From: Kiritimatiellia bacterium
Lineage (GTDB): Bacteria; Verrucomicrobiota; Kiritimatiellia; RFP12; UBA1067
Assembly (NCBI GenBank): GCA_017525225.1
Contig: JAFXTB010000109.1
Location: 1,182-65,181, forward strand
Length of the DNA stretch: 64,000 nucleotides
Reading direction: 5' to 3'
Shown here: piece by piece, positions 47,029 through 56,684 of the stretch
Position numbering within the stretch: the stretch's first letter is position 1
Layout: each line of letters begins with the position of its first letter
Notes under the pieces: model-generated
What the model saw: only the letters and a program-made list of their open reading frames with translations
Databases searched by the model: none
What the model was told of the DNA's origin: nothing
Program-made: the position numbers and the translations under genes

Positions 47029-48919
47029 GGTCCTTCCCCCTCTTTCCCTGCGCATGGTCGCCGCCTATGAATTCGCATGGCGCCTTGCCGGCCAGAAGCC
47101 CCTGCATGAAGCGCAGACCGTAGGTGACGTGCGAAAGGAATATGCCGAGCCATGTGAGCAGCCACATGCAGGGATTGAAGCTGAAGGAGGAAAGTCCGGT
47201 GAGGATCAGGTACGCGAACAGCGGCCAGGTGGCGAACATGCCCCATGTCCCAAGCGAACCGCCGCCTGCGTATGCGCGCCAGGTCCACACGGCCGCGAGC
47301 GCCAGCAGATACAGCACGAACAACGTTGGGACGAAATACGAGAACCTGCAGCTTGTGGCGGGGAAGCGCTTCACGAAATATCCGCGATGGAAGCCGTAGC
47401 GGCCGAGCTGACGCAGGTGCGGCAGCAGCAGGGGCCGGCGGTGGTGGTAGACGAGTACCCAGGGATCGTAGACTATGCGCCGATGCTCGCCCAGCACGAT
47501 GGCCTCGCAAAGCAGCGTGTCCTCGCCTGGCCAGAAGTCCGTGCGGTAGCCTCCGATGCGGCGGAGGAGATCCGTGCGCACGAGCAGGTTGCACGAGGGA
47601 TAGTCGTCGACGTCAAGCCGCACGCGCCCGCCAAGGTAGCGGTAGCGGTATCCGCCGGACACGAAGAAGTTCTCGTAGACGCGACCACCGGCCCTGGCCA
47701 GGAAGCCGTCGCCAGGCGGCGTCACGCCGGGACCGCCCACTCCGCCTATCGTCGGTTCGGCGAAATACCGTATCGCGTTCTCCAGCCAGTTGCGGTCGGG
47801 GTAGGCGTCGTCGTCGATGAACGCTACGACGTCGCCAGCGGCGGCGGCTATGCCGATATTGCGCTTCTCCGCCGGACGCACCTTGCCCGTCGGGATCACC
47901 TTGAGTCCCTGAAAATCCTTGAAGGAATTGTCGTCCTTGAAGGACTTGTCGTCATCCGGCAGGACGATCACCTCGAAATCGCGGAACGTCTGTCCGGCGA
48001 GCGCCTCGAGGCATTCGTGCAGCATCCAGGAGTCGTCCGGGCATGCGATCACCACGCTCACGCGCATCTTGCGCGGCATCGCCGGCGGCACCTCCACCTT
48101 CGCGTAGTAGTGCAGGATGCGCAGCCTGTAGACGACCGCCATCGTGTCGATCATCATGTCGCGCACGGTCTGGGGCCTGAGCGCGCCGAACTTCGTGCCG
48201 TAGCGTATCTCCACGGGCGCCTCCGACACCTTGGCCCCACGACCGTAGGCTATGGACAGGAGCTCCAGGTCGAAGGCATACGCCTTCACGAGCATGCGCG
48301 CGAGCGCGTCGTCCAGGACCTTGCGCCGGAACAGCTTCATGCCGGTCTGCGTGTCGGTGATGGGCAGGCCGATGAAGAGGCGCACCATCGCGAAGTAGAT
48401 GCGGCTGGCGATCCTGCGGTGCCATGGATACTGCACCTTCGAGTCAGGATGGCGCTTGGAACCGATGACTATGTCGGCATTGTCGCGTACCTGAACATCG
48501 AAGAAGCCGGGCAGGGACTGCGGCAGTATGTCGAGATCGCCGTCCAGCAACAGCACGAAGTCGCCAGACGCAGCATGCACGCCCTCCCGGAGCGCGTTAC
48601 CCTTGCCCACGTTGCGTTCGAGCAGCACCGGACGGCAGCTGCGCCGCGAACCAGCCGGCGTGGCGGCGTCGAAAGCGACGGCGAAGCGGCGTATCGCGTC
48701 CGCCGAACCATCCGTGGAACCATCGTCCACGGGAATAAGCTCGTAGGGAAAGCCGCCGCCATCGAGTACGGTTGCCACGGAGGAGAGGTTGTCCTCAATC
48801 GTCTGCGCGAGATTGTACACGGGCAGCACGACGCTCAGCGTCCCGCCGCCGAGCGTCTTCAGCGCGCTATGCCAGTCGGACTCCTTCCGCTGCATGGACA
48901 TGTCTGGTTCTACCGACAT
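47018..48919 (-). CDS. Bifunctional (two-domain) family-2 glycosyltransferase with a C-terminal membrane region
   Basis: Two GT2 cores: 'LSVVLPVYN...DDGSTDGS...DGDLD' and 'VSVVIACPDD...FIDDDAYP'. TM helices are at the C-terminus. It overlaps the mtnA start by 11 nt. Confidence 0.7.
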   Translation of the reverse strand: MSVEPDMSMQRKESDWHSALKTLGGGTLSVVLPVYNLAQTIEDNLSSVATVLDGGGFPYELIPVDDGSTDGSADAIRRFAVAFDAATPAGSRRSCRPVLLERNVGKGNALREGVHAASGDFVLLLDGDLDILPQSLPGFFDVQVRDNADIVIGSKRHPDSKVQYPWHRRIASRIYFAMVRLFIGLPITDTQTGMKLFRRKVLDDALARMLVKAYAFDLELLSIAYGRGAKVSEAPVEIRYGTKFGALRPQTVRDMMIDTMAVVYRLRILHYYAKVEVPPAMPRKMRVSVVIACPDDSWMLHECLEALAGQTFRDFEVIVLPDDDKSFKDDNSFKDFQGLKVIPTGKVRPAEKRNIGIAAAAGDVVAFIDDDAYPDRNWLENAIRYFAEPTIGGVGGPGVTPPGDGFLARAGGRVYENFFVSGGYRYRYLGGRVRLDVDDYPSCNLLVRTDLLRRIGGYRTDFWPGEDTLLCEAIVLGEHRRIVYDPWVLVYHHRRPLLLPHLRQLGRYGFHRGYFVKRFPATSCRFSYFVPTLFVLYLLALAAVWTWRAYAGGGSLGTWGMFATWPLFAYLILTGLSSFSFNPCMWLLTWLGIFLSHVTYGLRFMQGLLAGKAPCEFIGGDHAQGKRGKDHEG

Positions 48920-48952
48920 CCAGCTCCTTGCACAGTGCCCGGGCCCTGGGCG

Positions 48953-50836
48953 TCACTCCAGCATGAGGGCGCGGAACTTCGCTATGTCCGCCGCCGTGAA
49001 GCCGTTGGAGAGGACGTACTTCTCGATCTTCTCGTTGAGCGTCGCACCCTCGTAGGCGGAGAACACGGTCATAAGGCGGTTCCAGCGCTCTTCCGGCGGA
49101 TACATGGGCGGCGTGCGGTTCAACCAGGTATACTGCCAGTCCCTGTGCAGAAGGTCGGCGTCCACGCCGAGCAGCCCGTTGAGGATGCAGGCGAGCGATC
49201 CGGTGCGGTCGGCGCCGGCAATGCAGTGGAACACGATCGGGTAGTTCGTCTCATCCAGAAACACCTTGAAGTCCTCTATGAACGCCTTCCTCCCCGTCTC
49301 CGTGGCGAGTCCGTCGTATCCACTTGAGGAGACATGCACCCAGCGCACCTTGTCGCCGAGCGGTGAACCGGTCATGCCGAACGTCTCGCCGTCGTTGCGC
49401 AGGTCCAGATCCGTCTTCACACCGAGCTTTTCAACCACGAGCTCGTGCGTCTCAGGCTTGATGCGCGACCTTCCAGGCCCCTTCCACTCGCTTTTCGGCA
49501 GCGTCTTCTTGGTGCCCTTTTCGCGGTAGTGCGCGTTGTCGTTCAGTCCGGCGGTGCGATATATGCGCCCCTTCCTCACCCGTTTGCCGTCCATGCCGGG
49601 AAGTCCACCGAGGTCGCGGGCGTTGGGTACGCCCTTCCAGGCAACCTTGCGCAGGGCGATCGGATCATCGTCGGGGATGGTCGGCGGTGCAGCCGTCGCG
49701 CCGTCCGGAGACGAGAGGACCGGATACGGGAGGTCGAAGTTGAACCAGCCGCTGTCCCGCCAGACGTAGTACGAGCGAACCAGTTCGCCGCCCTTGCCTG
49801 GATCGATCGTGTAGCAGTGCACAACCTTCTCGGCGGGAACGAAGCGGAAGAGGCGGATGAATCCGCCGCCGGTATCCTGCATGAGAGAATGCACCATGTT
49901 CCCGTGAACGCCCCGCTCGTCGAGGCGGGTTATCTTGATCATGCCCTGGTCGCCGGAGACGACGAGGAATGCGTTCCTTATGCGCGATGTGAACTTCTCC
50001 CAGATGGCAACGCCCGAATTGCCTTCCTTGTCGTGGCACTTGTGCCACTTCATGCGCCCGAGCATCGAGAGGTCCGGCGCGTACCTGGCGCGTTCCTCGG
50101 CAGAGAGGTTCTTCACGTCGTTGCTGATCCGGCGGCCGTTCTTCTTCTCGATGGAACCGACATCCATGTGCGTGGCCACGATCACGTGGCGGTCGGGGAG
50201 GCGTTCCAGCTCGCTGGCGGCCCATGCGAGCACCGGGTCGGGCGCGTTGCATTCGAGGTTGACCACCACGAACTTCTCGGACCCCTGACCGAAGAGGCAG
50301 ATGGAGTTGGCGTTGTTGCCCGAAACGAACAGGCCCGCGGAGTTGGTGTATCCGCCGAAGGTGCCCGCGTACCAGGCGCAGCCGGCGTAGCGCGACGCGG
50401 GGAAGTAGCGCTGGAAGAGCGAAGTGTCGCCGTCGTGCCGCATGTCGTGGTTACCGGGCGTGATGGAATACGGCAGGACTCCGTCGAGCCGCGCCATCGC
50501 GTTCGATGCGAAGCGCCACTGGAAGTCGTTGTTCATGTCCGTGATGTCGCCCGTGTGCGTCACGAAGAGGATGTTCTGGCTCTTCGCGTTGGCGACGAGC
50601 CAGTCTACGATGGCATCGAACTTCGCGTTGCGCGTCGGGCCCACGCCTGGCTTCCTGCCGCGCTTCGTGTGGCGTCCTTCGCCGTCGTAGCCCTGCGTAT
50701 CAGGGATCACCGCGTAGGTGAACGCGCCATCCGGCAGCGGCGGCAGCGTAGCGGGCGATCGATCGGCGAACGCGGCCGCAACGGCCGCCAGGGCGGCCAT
50801 CAGCGAAACCATGAAATTCATCTTGAGCGTCTTCAT
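48953..50836 (-). CDS. Secreted fusion protein: calcineurin-like metallophosphoesterase plus C-terminal PTP-like (CX5R) phosphatase, possibly phytase-like
   Basis: Signal 'MKTLKMNFMVSLMAALAAVAAAFA'. The metallophosphoesterase motifs are 'HTGDITD' and 'GNHDM'. The C-terminal motif is 'VFHCIAGADRTGSLA' (HCxxGxxR[ST]G). Confidence 0.65.
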   Translation of the reverse strand: MKTLKMNFMVSLMAALAAVAAAFADRSPATLPPLPDGAFTYAVIPDTQGYDGEGRHTKRGRKPGVGPTRNAKFDAIVDWLVANAKSQNILFVTHTGDITDMNNDFQWRFASNAMARLDGVLPYSITPGNHDMRHDGDTSLFQRYFPASRYAGCAWYAGTFGGYTNSAGLFVSGNNANSICLFGQGSEKFVVVNLECNAPDPVLAWAASELERLPDRHVIVATHMDVGSIEKKNGRRISNDVKNLSAEERARYAPDLSMLGRMKWHKCHDKEGNSGVAIWEKFTSRIRNAFLVVSGDQGMIKITRLDERGVHGNMVHSLMQDTGGGFIRLFRFVPAEKVVHCYTIDPGKGGELVRSYYVWRDSGWFNFDLPYPVLSSPDGATAAPPTIPDDDPIALRKVAWKGVPNARDLGGLPGMDGKRVRKGRIYRTAGLNDNAHYREKGTKKTLPKSEWKGPGRSRIKPETHELVVEKLGVKTDLDLRNDGETFGMTGSPLGDKVRWVHVSSSGYDGLATETGRKAFIEDFKVFLDETNYPIVFHCIAGADRTGSLACILNGLLGVDADLLHRDWQYTWLNRTPPMYPPEERWNRLMTVFSAYEGATLNEKIEKYVLSNGFTAADIAKFRALMLE

Positions 50837-50966
50837 CTGTTCCTTCCTTGCCTGGAGCCTATGCGCCGGGCACATAGATTCTACCAAAACAGCCCCCATG
50901 TTGCAACGCGACAGTTCCAGAACCAGAGATTCCGTCCACATTCCCGTTGCCTATCGGACGAAGATT

Positions 50967-50975
50967 TGGTATCAT
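50967..50975 (+). promoter_or_regulatory. Extended -10 (TGGTATCAT) promoter element 17 nt upstream of the tRNA-Arg gene
   Basis: Reads 'tTGGTATCATacgtgccgtttcgtct' followed by the tRNA 5' end at 50992. Confidence 0.4.
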
Positions 50976-50991
50976 ACGTGCCGTTTCGTCT

Positions 50992-51065
50992 GGGACAGTA
51001 GCTCAACTGGACAGAGCGGCGGTTTCCTAAACCGCAGGTTGGGAGTTCGATCCTCCCCTGTCCCA
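50992..51065 (+). tRNA. tRNA-Arg (anticodon CCT)
   Basis: Hand-folded cloverleaf. Acceptor stem GGGACAG/CTGTCCC. D-arm GCTC/GAGC. Anticodon stem GCGGT/ACCGC with loop TTCCTAA (anticodon CCT). T-arm GGGAG-TTCGATC-CTCCC. A discriminator A and an encoded CCA follow at 51066-51068. Confidence 0.9.
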
Positions 51066-51480
51066 CCAGCCACAAAGCCGCATGGACGGGGACGAAACGT
51101 ATCTTCGGCACTACCGAAAAGGAAACGAAAAACATGCGTGCTGACAAGAACGCTGACTCGTGGAAGTCGAAGAACCGACTGGAACACTGCGAAATGTAAA
51201 ATGAGAAATGAAATGTTCAATGATGTTGATGCTCGCGGTGGCTATAGTAGGAGAGATGAGCTTCTGCTCGACCGCAAGGGCATGGTGGGGGAGTCCCGCG
51301 CATTATACGGTCATGGAAAGCCAATAGGGGATTGCTTGGCGATGTCGATGCCTGGATGGAGGCAAATGCTAACAATGGGTCGTGGAACGCCTGCGCGGTT
51401 GTAAATGGTCAGAGGTATGTGTACTTTGCCTCCTGGCTTAGATTCAGGAAGAAGAAAGAAATCAGGAAGGAGAATTGGGA

Positions 51481-52110
51481 ATGACAGGAAGAATTTTTGT
51501 CGTCGCATGTGTCTTTGTTGCATGTGGCCCCTCTAATGCATCGATGGAATTTGACATTGCCGTAACGAATGCTTTGAACCAGAAATCATGCCTCGTCAGC
51601 GATGGTTTCACGAATTACATGTGGCAATGTGCGAACCAGAATACCAATGCCGAATTGTCTCTCTCCGCTCATGTCCTTCTTGGCGTATCGCAACTTGAAA
51701 TGTTTGACGCAACAATGAAATCGGCAAATCTTGGCGCTGCGTTTCAGTCTGTGAGCAATGCTTTGTCTTCTAGCGCGTTGACAACAAATCAATGGCAATA
51801 TTGGCATCTGGCGATTTTACATATTGCCTGTTTGAACACGGCCAACAACACGCATGACGCATATCTCGTGGCCTCAAACGCATGGGATGCCATTCATAGT
51901 ATAGGTTTTGTGGATTCGACAAATGTAGTATCACGTGCATTGCTAAAGTATCATGGTGTTGGCACGGATGTCACGATCAGGTCGGCAATTGCCTTGAACA
52001 AGGCTTTGTCAGCCGCTGCAGTTGGCAAGCAGGATGAGAGTAATGCTCTTAAGGTGTATCTGCCGGATCGGCTTAAACAAGAGATGGAGACTTTCCTCTC
52101 GGACGAATAG
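51481..52110 (+). CDS. Hypothetical lipoprotein encoded in a low-GC islet downstream of the tRNA-Arg gene
   Basis: 'MTGRIFVVACVFVACG' is a signal with lipobox-like V-A-C. The ribosome-binding site AGGAAGGAG is 8 nt upstream. GC is ~45%. The protein is rich in Ala, Asn, Ser and Leu and is predicted helical. Confidence 0.45.
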   Translation: MTGRIFVVACVFVACGPSNASMEFDIAVTNALNQKSCLVSDGFTNYMWQCANQNTNAELSLSAHVLLGVSQLEMFDATMKSANLGAAFQSVSNALSSSALTTNQWQYWHLAILHIACLNTANNTHDAYLVASNAWDAIHSIGFVDSTNVVSRALLKYHGVGTDVTIRSAIALNKALSAAAVGKQDESNALKVYLPDRLKQEMETFLSDE

Positions 52111-52250
52111 TGCCAACTTCCCACTACACACGGCGGCTTTTTTTTGATAACATATCGCCGCCGCCGATGATGTGTTGATTTGGCTTTTTGAGAGAAAGAG
52201 AACTGTCAATGAAAATCCAGTGGCGAAGCCACCAAAGGACGTGCCTCTAG

Positions 52251-53651
52251 ATGGCCACAGCGATAACAGCCTTCTGCCTCCTGTCCGTGCTGCTCGTCTG
52301 CGGCAAGGTCCTTCGTGTACGCCTGCCGGTGCTGCAGAAGCTGTATCTGCCCAGTTCGGTCGTGGGGGGATTGCTCGGGCTTCTGGTGGCATCCCTTGTC
52401 GTTCGCTATGCGCCATCCGGCGTGGCGAAGGCCACCCAGGAGGTTTCCGACATTGTACGCCAATTGCCTGGCTTCCTCATCAACGTGATCTTCGCGACGC
52501 TTTTCCTCGGCAAGGCAAAGAAGACGCGCTCGGAGAACATGGCCGCCACGGCCTTCTCGCAGCTCTGCCTCGCCCAGCTTGTCGCGTGGGGACAGTATGT
52601 CGTGGGGCTGGGGCTTGCGGGCTTCTGGCTCGCTCAGAGCTTCAACCTGCCGCCGGCGTTCGGTAACCTGCTTGAAATCGGCTTTGAGGGTGGACATGGC
52701 ACGGTAGGCGGTCTGCAGAGCCTCTTTGTCGACAAGTGGGCGGACGGCCTGGCACTCGGCTACACCGTCGCCACCGCCGGCATGATCCTCGGCATCGTAC
52801 TTGGCATGTTCTTCATCAACATCGCCTACAAGCACGGCTATGTGAAAACCGTACGCCCCTTCAATGAACGTTCGCTCCACGAGCGCAAGGGCATCTATCC
52901 GCGTCGCAACCGTCCCAACGCCGGCCTCCAGACGGTCTATTCGGACAGCGTGGACTCGCTCGCCTGGCATGTCGCCATCGTCGGCCTTGCCATTCTGATT
53001 GGCTTTGGCATGCTCAAGGGCCTCCAGGCCGCCGAAGTGGCGCTCTTCCCGGCGGCGAAGACGCGCATTTTCGCGGGCTTCCCGCTCTTCCCGCTCTGCA
53101 TGCTCGGTGGCGTCGTGCTCCAGTCGTCTGCGAGCGCGATCGGGCTCAGGCTCTTCATCGACCGCGACCAGATGCAGCGCATTGCAGGCACGGCACTCGA
53201 CTTCCTTTCGCTCGCCGCCGTCGCCACGATCCAGATCTCGGTGGTCGCGCAGAACTGGCAGCCGCTGCTGATTTTGATCGTCGCCGGCGCCGTCTGGACC
53301 GCTGGAAGCGTCTTCTGGTTTGCGCCGCGCCTCTTCCGCACCGCCTGGTTCGAACGCGCCGTCACCGAGTTCGGCCAAGCCACGGGTGTCACCGCCACGG
53401 GCCTTCTGCTGCTGCGTACGGTCGATCCTGAAAACAAGACCTGTGCCGCGACGACCTTCGGCTACAAGCAGCTTTTCCATGAACCGGTGATGAACACCTG
53501 GGTGGCGATCGCCATCACGCTCATCCTCGCCAATCCCGCGAGCTGGCGTGGGTTGTGGCTCTTCTGCACGGCCGTGCTGGCGTTCTGGCTCGTGGCGGCG
53601 GCAGTTCTCATCCACCTGAACAGAAAGGCCACCAGAGATGAAAAAGCCTGA
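52251..53651 (+). CDS. gltS: Sodium/glutamate symporter (GltS/ESS family)
   Basis: About 12 TM segments. 'GFEGGHGT' and '[11 protein letters not shown]' are GltS-like. Length is 466 aa. Confidence 0.75.
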   Translation: MATAITAFCLLSVLLVCGKVLRVRLPVLQKLYLPSSVVGGLLGLLVASLVVRYAPSGVAKATQEVSDIVRQLPGFLINVIFATLFLGKAKKTRSENMAATAFSQLCLAQLVAWGQYVVGLGLAGFWLAQSFNLPPAFGNLLEIGFEGGHGTVGGLQSLFVDKWADGLALGYTVATAGMILGIVLGMFFINIAYKHGYVKTVRPFNERSLHERKGIYPRRNRPNAGLQTVYSDSVDSLAWHVAIVGLAILIGFGMLKGLQAAEVALFPAAKTRIFAGFPLFPLCMLGGVVLQSSASAIGLRLFIDRDQMQRIAGTALDFLSLAAVATIQISVVAQNWQPLLILIVAGAVWTAGSVFWFAPRLFRTAWFERAVTEFGQATGVTATGLLLLRTVDPENKTCAATTFGYKQLFHEPVMNTWVAIAITLILANPASWRGLWLFCTAVLAFWLVAAAVLIHLNRKATRDEKA

Positions 53652-54333
53652 CCAGCTGCGTCCCGTCGAGTTTGTCCGCAACTTCACCCGCCATGCCGCC
53701 GGATCCGTTCTGGTCAAATGGGGCGGGACGTGGGTGCTCTGCACAGCCTGCGTCGAAGAAAAGGTGCCGCCCTTCCTGCGCGACACCGGCCGCGGCTGGG
53801 TCACCGCCGAATACGCCATGCTCCCCTCCTCCACGCTGGAACGCAAGGAACGCGAATCCAAGAAGGGTCGGCTCGACGCGCGTGGTACGGAGATTTCGCG
53901 CCTTATTGGCAGGGCGCTGCGCGCCGCCATCGACATGGAGAAGCTGGGTCCGCGCACCATCACGATCGACTGCGACGTGCTGCAGGCGGATGGCGGCACG
54001 CGCTGCGCCTCCATCACGGGTGGAATGGTCGCCCTCTCGGACGCCGTCTCGAAGCTCATGGACAAGGGTGTCCTCGATCGGAACCCGATAATCCACAGAG
54101 TTGCCGCCGTATCCGTGGGCATCTGCGGCGGCAAGCCCACGCTCGACCTTGACTACGCCCACGATTCTTCCGCCGATGTCGATCTCAATGTCGTCATGAC
54201 AGACGACGGACGTTTCGTGGAGATACAGGGCACCGCTGAACGGGAGCCCTTCTCCGACGAACAGTTCGACGCCCTCCGCGCCCTCGCGAAAAAAGGCCTG
54301 CGCCGGCTCTTCGCGCTGCAGCGCCGGGCCTGA
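53638..54333 (+). CDS. rph: Ribonuclease PH
   Basis: '[31 protein letters not shown]' and '[18 protein letters not shown]' are RNase PH signatures. It overlaps the gltS 3' end by 14 nt. Confidence 0.9.
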   Translation: MKKPDQLRPVEFVRNFTRHAAGSVLVKWGGTWVLCTACVEEKVPPFLRDTGRGWVTAEYAMLPSSTLERKERESKKGRLDARGTEISRLIGRALRAAIDMEKLGPRTITIDCDVLQADGGTRCASITGGMVALSDAVSKLMDKGVLDRNPIIHRVAAVSVGICGGKPTLDLDYAHDSSADVDLNVVMTDDGRFVEIQGTAEREPFSDEQFDALRALAKKGLRRLFALQRRA

Positions 54334-54346
54334 GATGCGGACGAGG

Positions 54347-54754
54347 CTACTGCGCCTTCAGCTTGAATCCGGTGCCGACGAACTGCGCGATCTCACGCCC
54401 GGCATCGTCTACGACGTCCACGTTCACGACGCACGAGCTTCTGCCGTCCTTCCTGTAGCGCGCCGTGGCCACAAGCCTCTCGCCCTTCGCCGCCGATAGG
54501 AAGTTTATGCTGACCTGCTGCGCCACCACAACCTTTCCACGGTCGTTGGTGAGCGCGGCGAACGCGAAGTCGGCAAGGGTGAATATCGCACCGCCCATGA
54601 CACCGCCGAAGGCGTTCCTGTGCCGTGCGGCGAGCACAAGGCTCGTCACGGCGTGCGTGTCGTCCAGCTCGTCCAGGGTGATGCCGTTGTCCGTGGCGAA
54701 GCGGTCGTCTGAGAAGTAGCTCCGCGCCTCTTCAATGTTTTTGAACGTGCCCAT
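54347..54754 (-). CDS. PaaI/YbgC-type hotdog-fold thioesterase
   Basis: 'GGVMGGAIFTLADFAFAAL' is the hotdog helix. Length is ~135 aa. Confidence 0.7.
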   Translation of the reverse strand: MGTFKNIEEARSYFSDDRFATDNGITLDELDDTHAVTSLVLAARHRNAFGGVMGGAIFTLADFAFAALTNDRGKVVVAQQVSINFLSAAKGERLVATARYRKDGRSSCVVNVDVVDDAGREIAQFVGTGFKLKAQ

Positions 54755-56684
54755 GTGCCATCTCCTTGAAGTCGGCGGCGGCATTGAGGAAGTGCGCCGT
54801 CAGCCAGAACACCGTCCAGCGCTCGGCATATCCGCCGCGAAGCCTGTAGACATCGCTCATGTCGCCTCTCTGCGCGAAGTTCGTCTGCTGGATCTGCTCG
54901 CCCAGCGAACCCGAGGAATCTGTGAGCTGGTAGCACGCACGGTACATGACCTCGGCGAGCTTCCTGAGCCTTTCGTCGCCGAGGTATCCGCCCATCCACG
55001 AGATCTCGGGCGTAGTCAGCACGCCGAATGCGTCGAGATGCTGGTTCTGCGCGGATACCACCGTCCAGCCCGTGGACTTGAATGCATGGTCGCTCAGGCG
55101 TCCAGGCGGGAAAGTGGCGTCCCATACCATCGTGTAGGTGAGCATCATGTCCATCGCATGGCGCGCGAGCCTCGCGTACCTGCGCTCTTCGGCCGCATCC
55201 TTCCTCCTGATTGCGTCCCTGAGAAGCGCCACATAGCCCTGGAACGCCGCGTAGGCGCCTTCCTTGTCCTCGCAATTCGCATCGAGGGTTCCACCCCAGT
55301 ACACCGCGTCATACCCGAAGTAGCGCCGTTCAAAGACATCGGCGAGCCTCTTGGCCGCCGCCAGGTATCGTTCCTTCCCGAACAGTTCCGACCCTGACAC
55401 CAGCGGCGCGACCAGGAATCCGGCGTTCGTGGATTTCGGCTTCTGCCAGCTGGCGTCAAGGATGCCTGCCGAGATCGCATCCAGCGCCTTTTCCGCGAAC
55501 GCCCTCCACTTCGACGGATCCAGCCTGCCGCCGGACTTCCCGGCAAAGCGTATCGCCTTGACGATGGAGTTGAGGGCCTGTCCGCACGACACAGGGTCTC
55601 CGCCCGACTTGGCGCCGGTCTTCACGTTAAAGCGAACATTGAAGAATCCGTCACCCGGACGGATCGTGCCGATGAATGTGTCGGCTATGAAGTCAAGCGA
55701 CCGCTGGGCCTTGATCCAGTCGCCGGCGTCTAGATCCAACACAGGGAGCGCGTAGCCGCACGTGGCCGCGCATCCGCACCAGCCAAGGACGATCTCGCTC
55801 CGGCCGGCGGACCTGTCGTACATCCCGAACCCGCACGCGCCAGGGGCGTCGATCCATCGCGTCATCGCATAGTCGCGCTTAGCGCGGACGATGCGATCGA
55901 ACGGCTCGTACCTGTCGGGATTCCAGGGCTTGAAGATGTCGAGCGATACGTCCATCGCCTGTTCGAAGCCGAATGCGTCCTTGGTCGCCGTGCCTGTCTG
56001 GATCCAGAAAGTCTTCTCAATGATCTGCCCGGGATGAAGGGTAATGTATGCATCGTCGTACGCCATCGCCGACGCCTGCAGCGCCTTGGCCACCGAGCGG
56101 CGGCGGTTGTAGCCGATCGGGCCGGACAGCAGCACGATGTCCGTGCCGCCATCGACAGCCTCCACCCCGACGCTCCACCAGAGGTCGTCACGCACCGCAC
56201 CCCGGACCGGCGACGGCAGAACGTGCAGCGCCGTGAAACCGCCGCCCCTGGAATCCTCGAGAAGCGCGAACGGCATCGGCAGTCGATGTTCCTCGAAGAT
56301 GGCGAACTCGCCCTTTTCACCCGCATACACGGGAACACGTCCGTCCGTGCGGCCACGATTGGACGGATTGCCATACATGAGTATCCCGGGCATGAAAGGC
56401 TTGAGGGCCGCCGTGTCGCCCGGCACATGGTATCGCACCGAGAGCGTCACCTTCTCAATGGGCTCGCTACCGGTAAACGTCCATCTGCGAACGATCTTCA
56501 CCAGACCATCTGATACCTTGGTCTGGGAATCCGTGACCGTTAAACCAGGAATCTCATCCTTCCATTCCCCGACCCAGCCATCCTTCCAGCCCAGGCCGAT
56601 GGAAGGCGCAAGAAGCCCGCCGTGGACGACCGTTGCCGCGAATATGGCGGCAAGCGCGACAGTGCGGCAGTTGGACGATCTCAT
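54732..56684 (-). CDS. Secreted hypothetical protein, possible six-hairpin glycosidase-like
   Basis: Signal 'MRSSNCRTVALAAIFAATVVHGG'. Its start overlaps the GH78 stop (ATGA). It is rich in Cys/Trp, including 'WCGCAATCGYALP'. Confidence 0.4.
   Translation of the reverse strand: MRSSNCRTVALAAIFAATVVHGGLLAPSIGLGWKDGWVGEWKDEIPGLTVTDSQTKVSDGLVKIVRRWTFTGSEPIEKVTLSVRYHVPGDTAALKPFMPGILMYGNPSNRGRTDGRVPVYAGEKGEFAIFEEHRLPMPFALLEDSRGGGFTALHVLPSPVRGAVRDDLWWSVGVEAVDGGTDIVLLSGPIGYNRRRSVAKALQASAMAYDDAYITLHPGQIIEKTFWIQTGTATKDAFGFEQAMDVSLDIFKPWNPDRYEPFDRIVRAKRDYAMTRWIDAPGACGFGMYDRSAGRSEIVLGWCGCAATCGYALPVLDLDAGDWIKAQRSLDFIADTFIGTIRPGDGFFNVRFNVKTGAKSGGDPVSCGQALNSIVKAIRFAGKSGGRLDPSKWRAFAEKALDAISAGILDASWQKPKSTNAGFLVAPLVSGSELFGKERYLAAAKRLADVFERRYFGYDAVYWGGTLDANCEDKEGAYAAFQGYVALLRDAIRRKDAAEERRYARLARHAMDMMLTYTMVWDATFPPGRLSDHAFKSTGWTVVSAQNQHLDAFGVLTTPEISWMGGYLGDERLRKLAEVMYRACYQLTDSSGSLGEQIQQTNFAQRGDMSDVYRLRGGYAERWTVFWLTAHFLNAAADFKEMAHGHVQKH

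Noticed and set aside
46844-49327. 827-aa plus-strand ORF antisense to the GT2 gene
   Set aside because: The opposite strand carries clear GT2 motifs (VVLPVYN, DDGSTDGS, DGDLD). The plus-strand translation is an R/E/H/G-rich string with no motifs.
49445-51001. 518-aa plus-strand ORF antisense to the metallophosphoesterase-PTP fusion gene, running into the tRNA-Arg gene
   Set aside because: Antisense artefact. It overlaps a structurally validated tRNA.
52111-52250. Terminator or attachment-site repeat after the lipoprotein gene ('cacggcggcttttttttg...gccgccgccg')
   Set aside because: The complementary arm lies after the T-run, giving a 19-nt loop. This is not a convincing terminator. No repeat of the tRNA-Arg 3' end was found.
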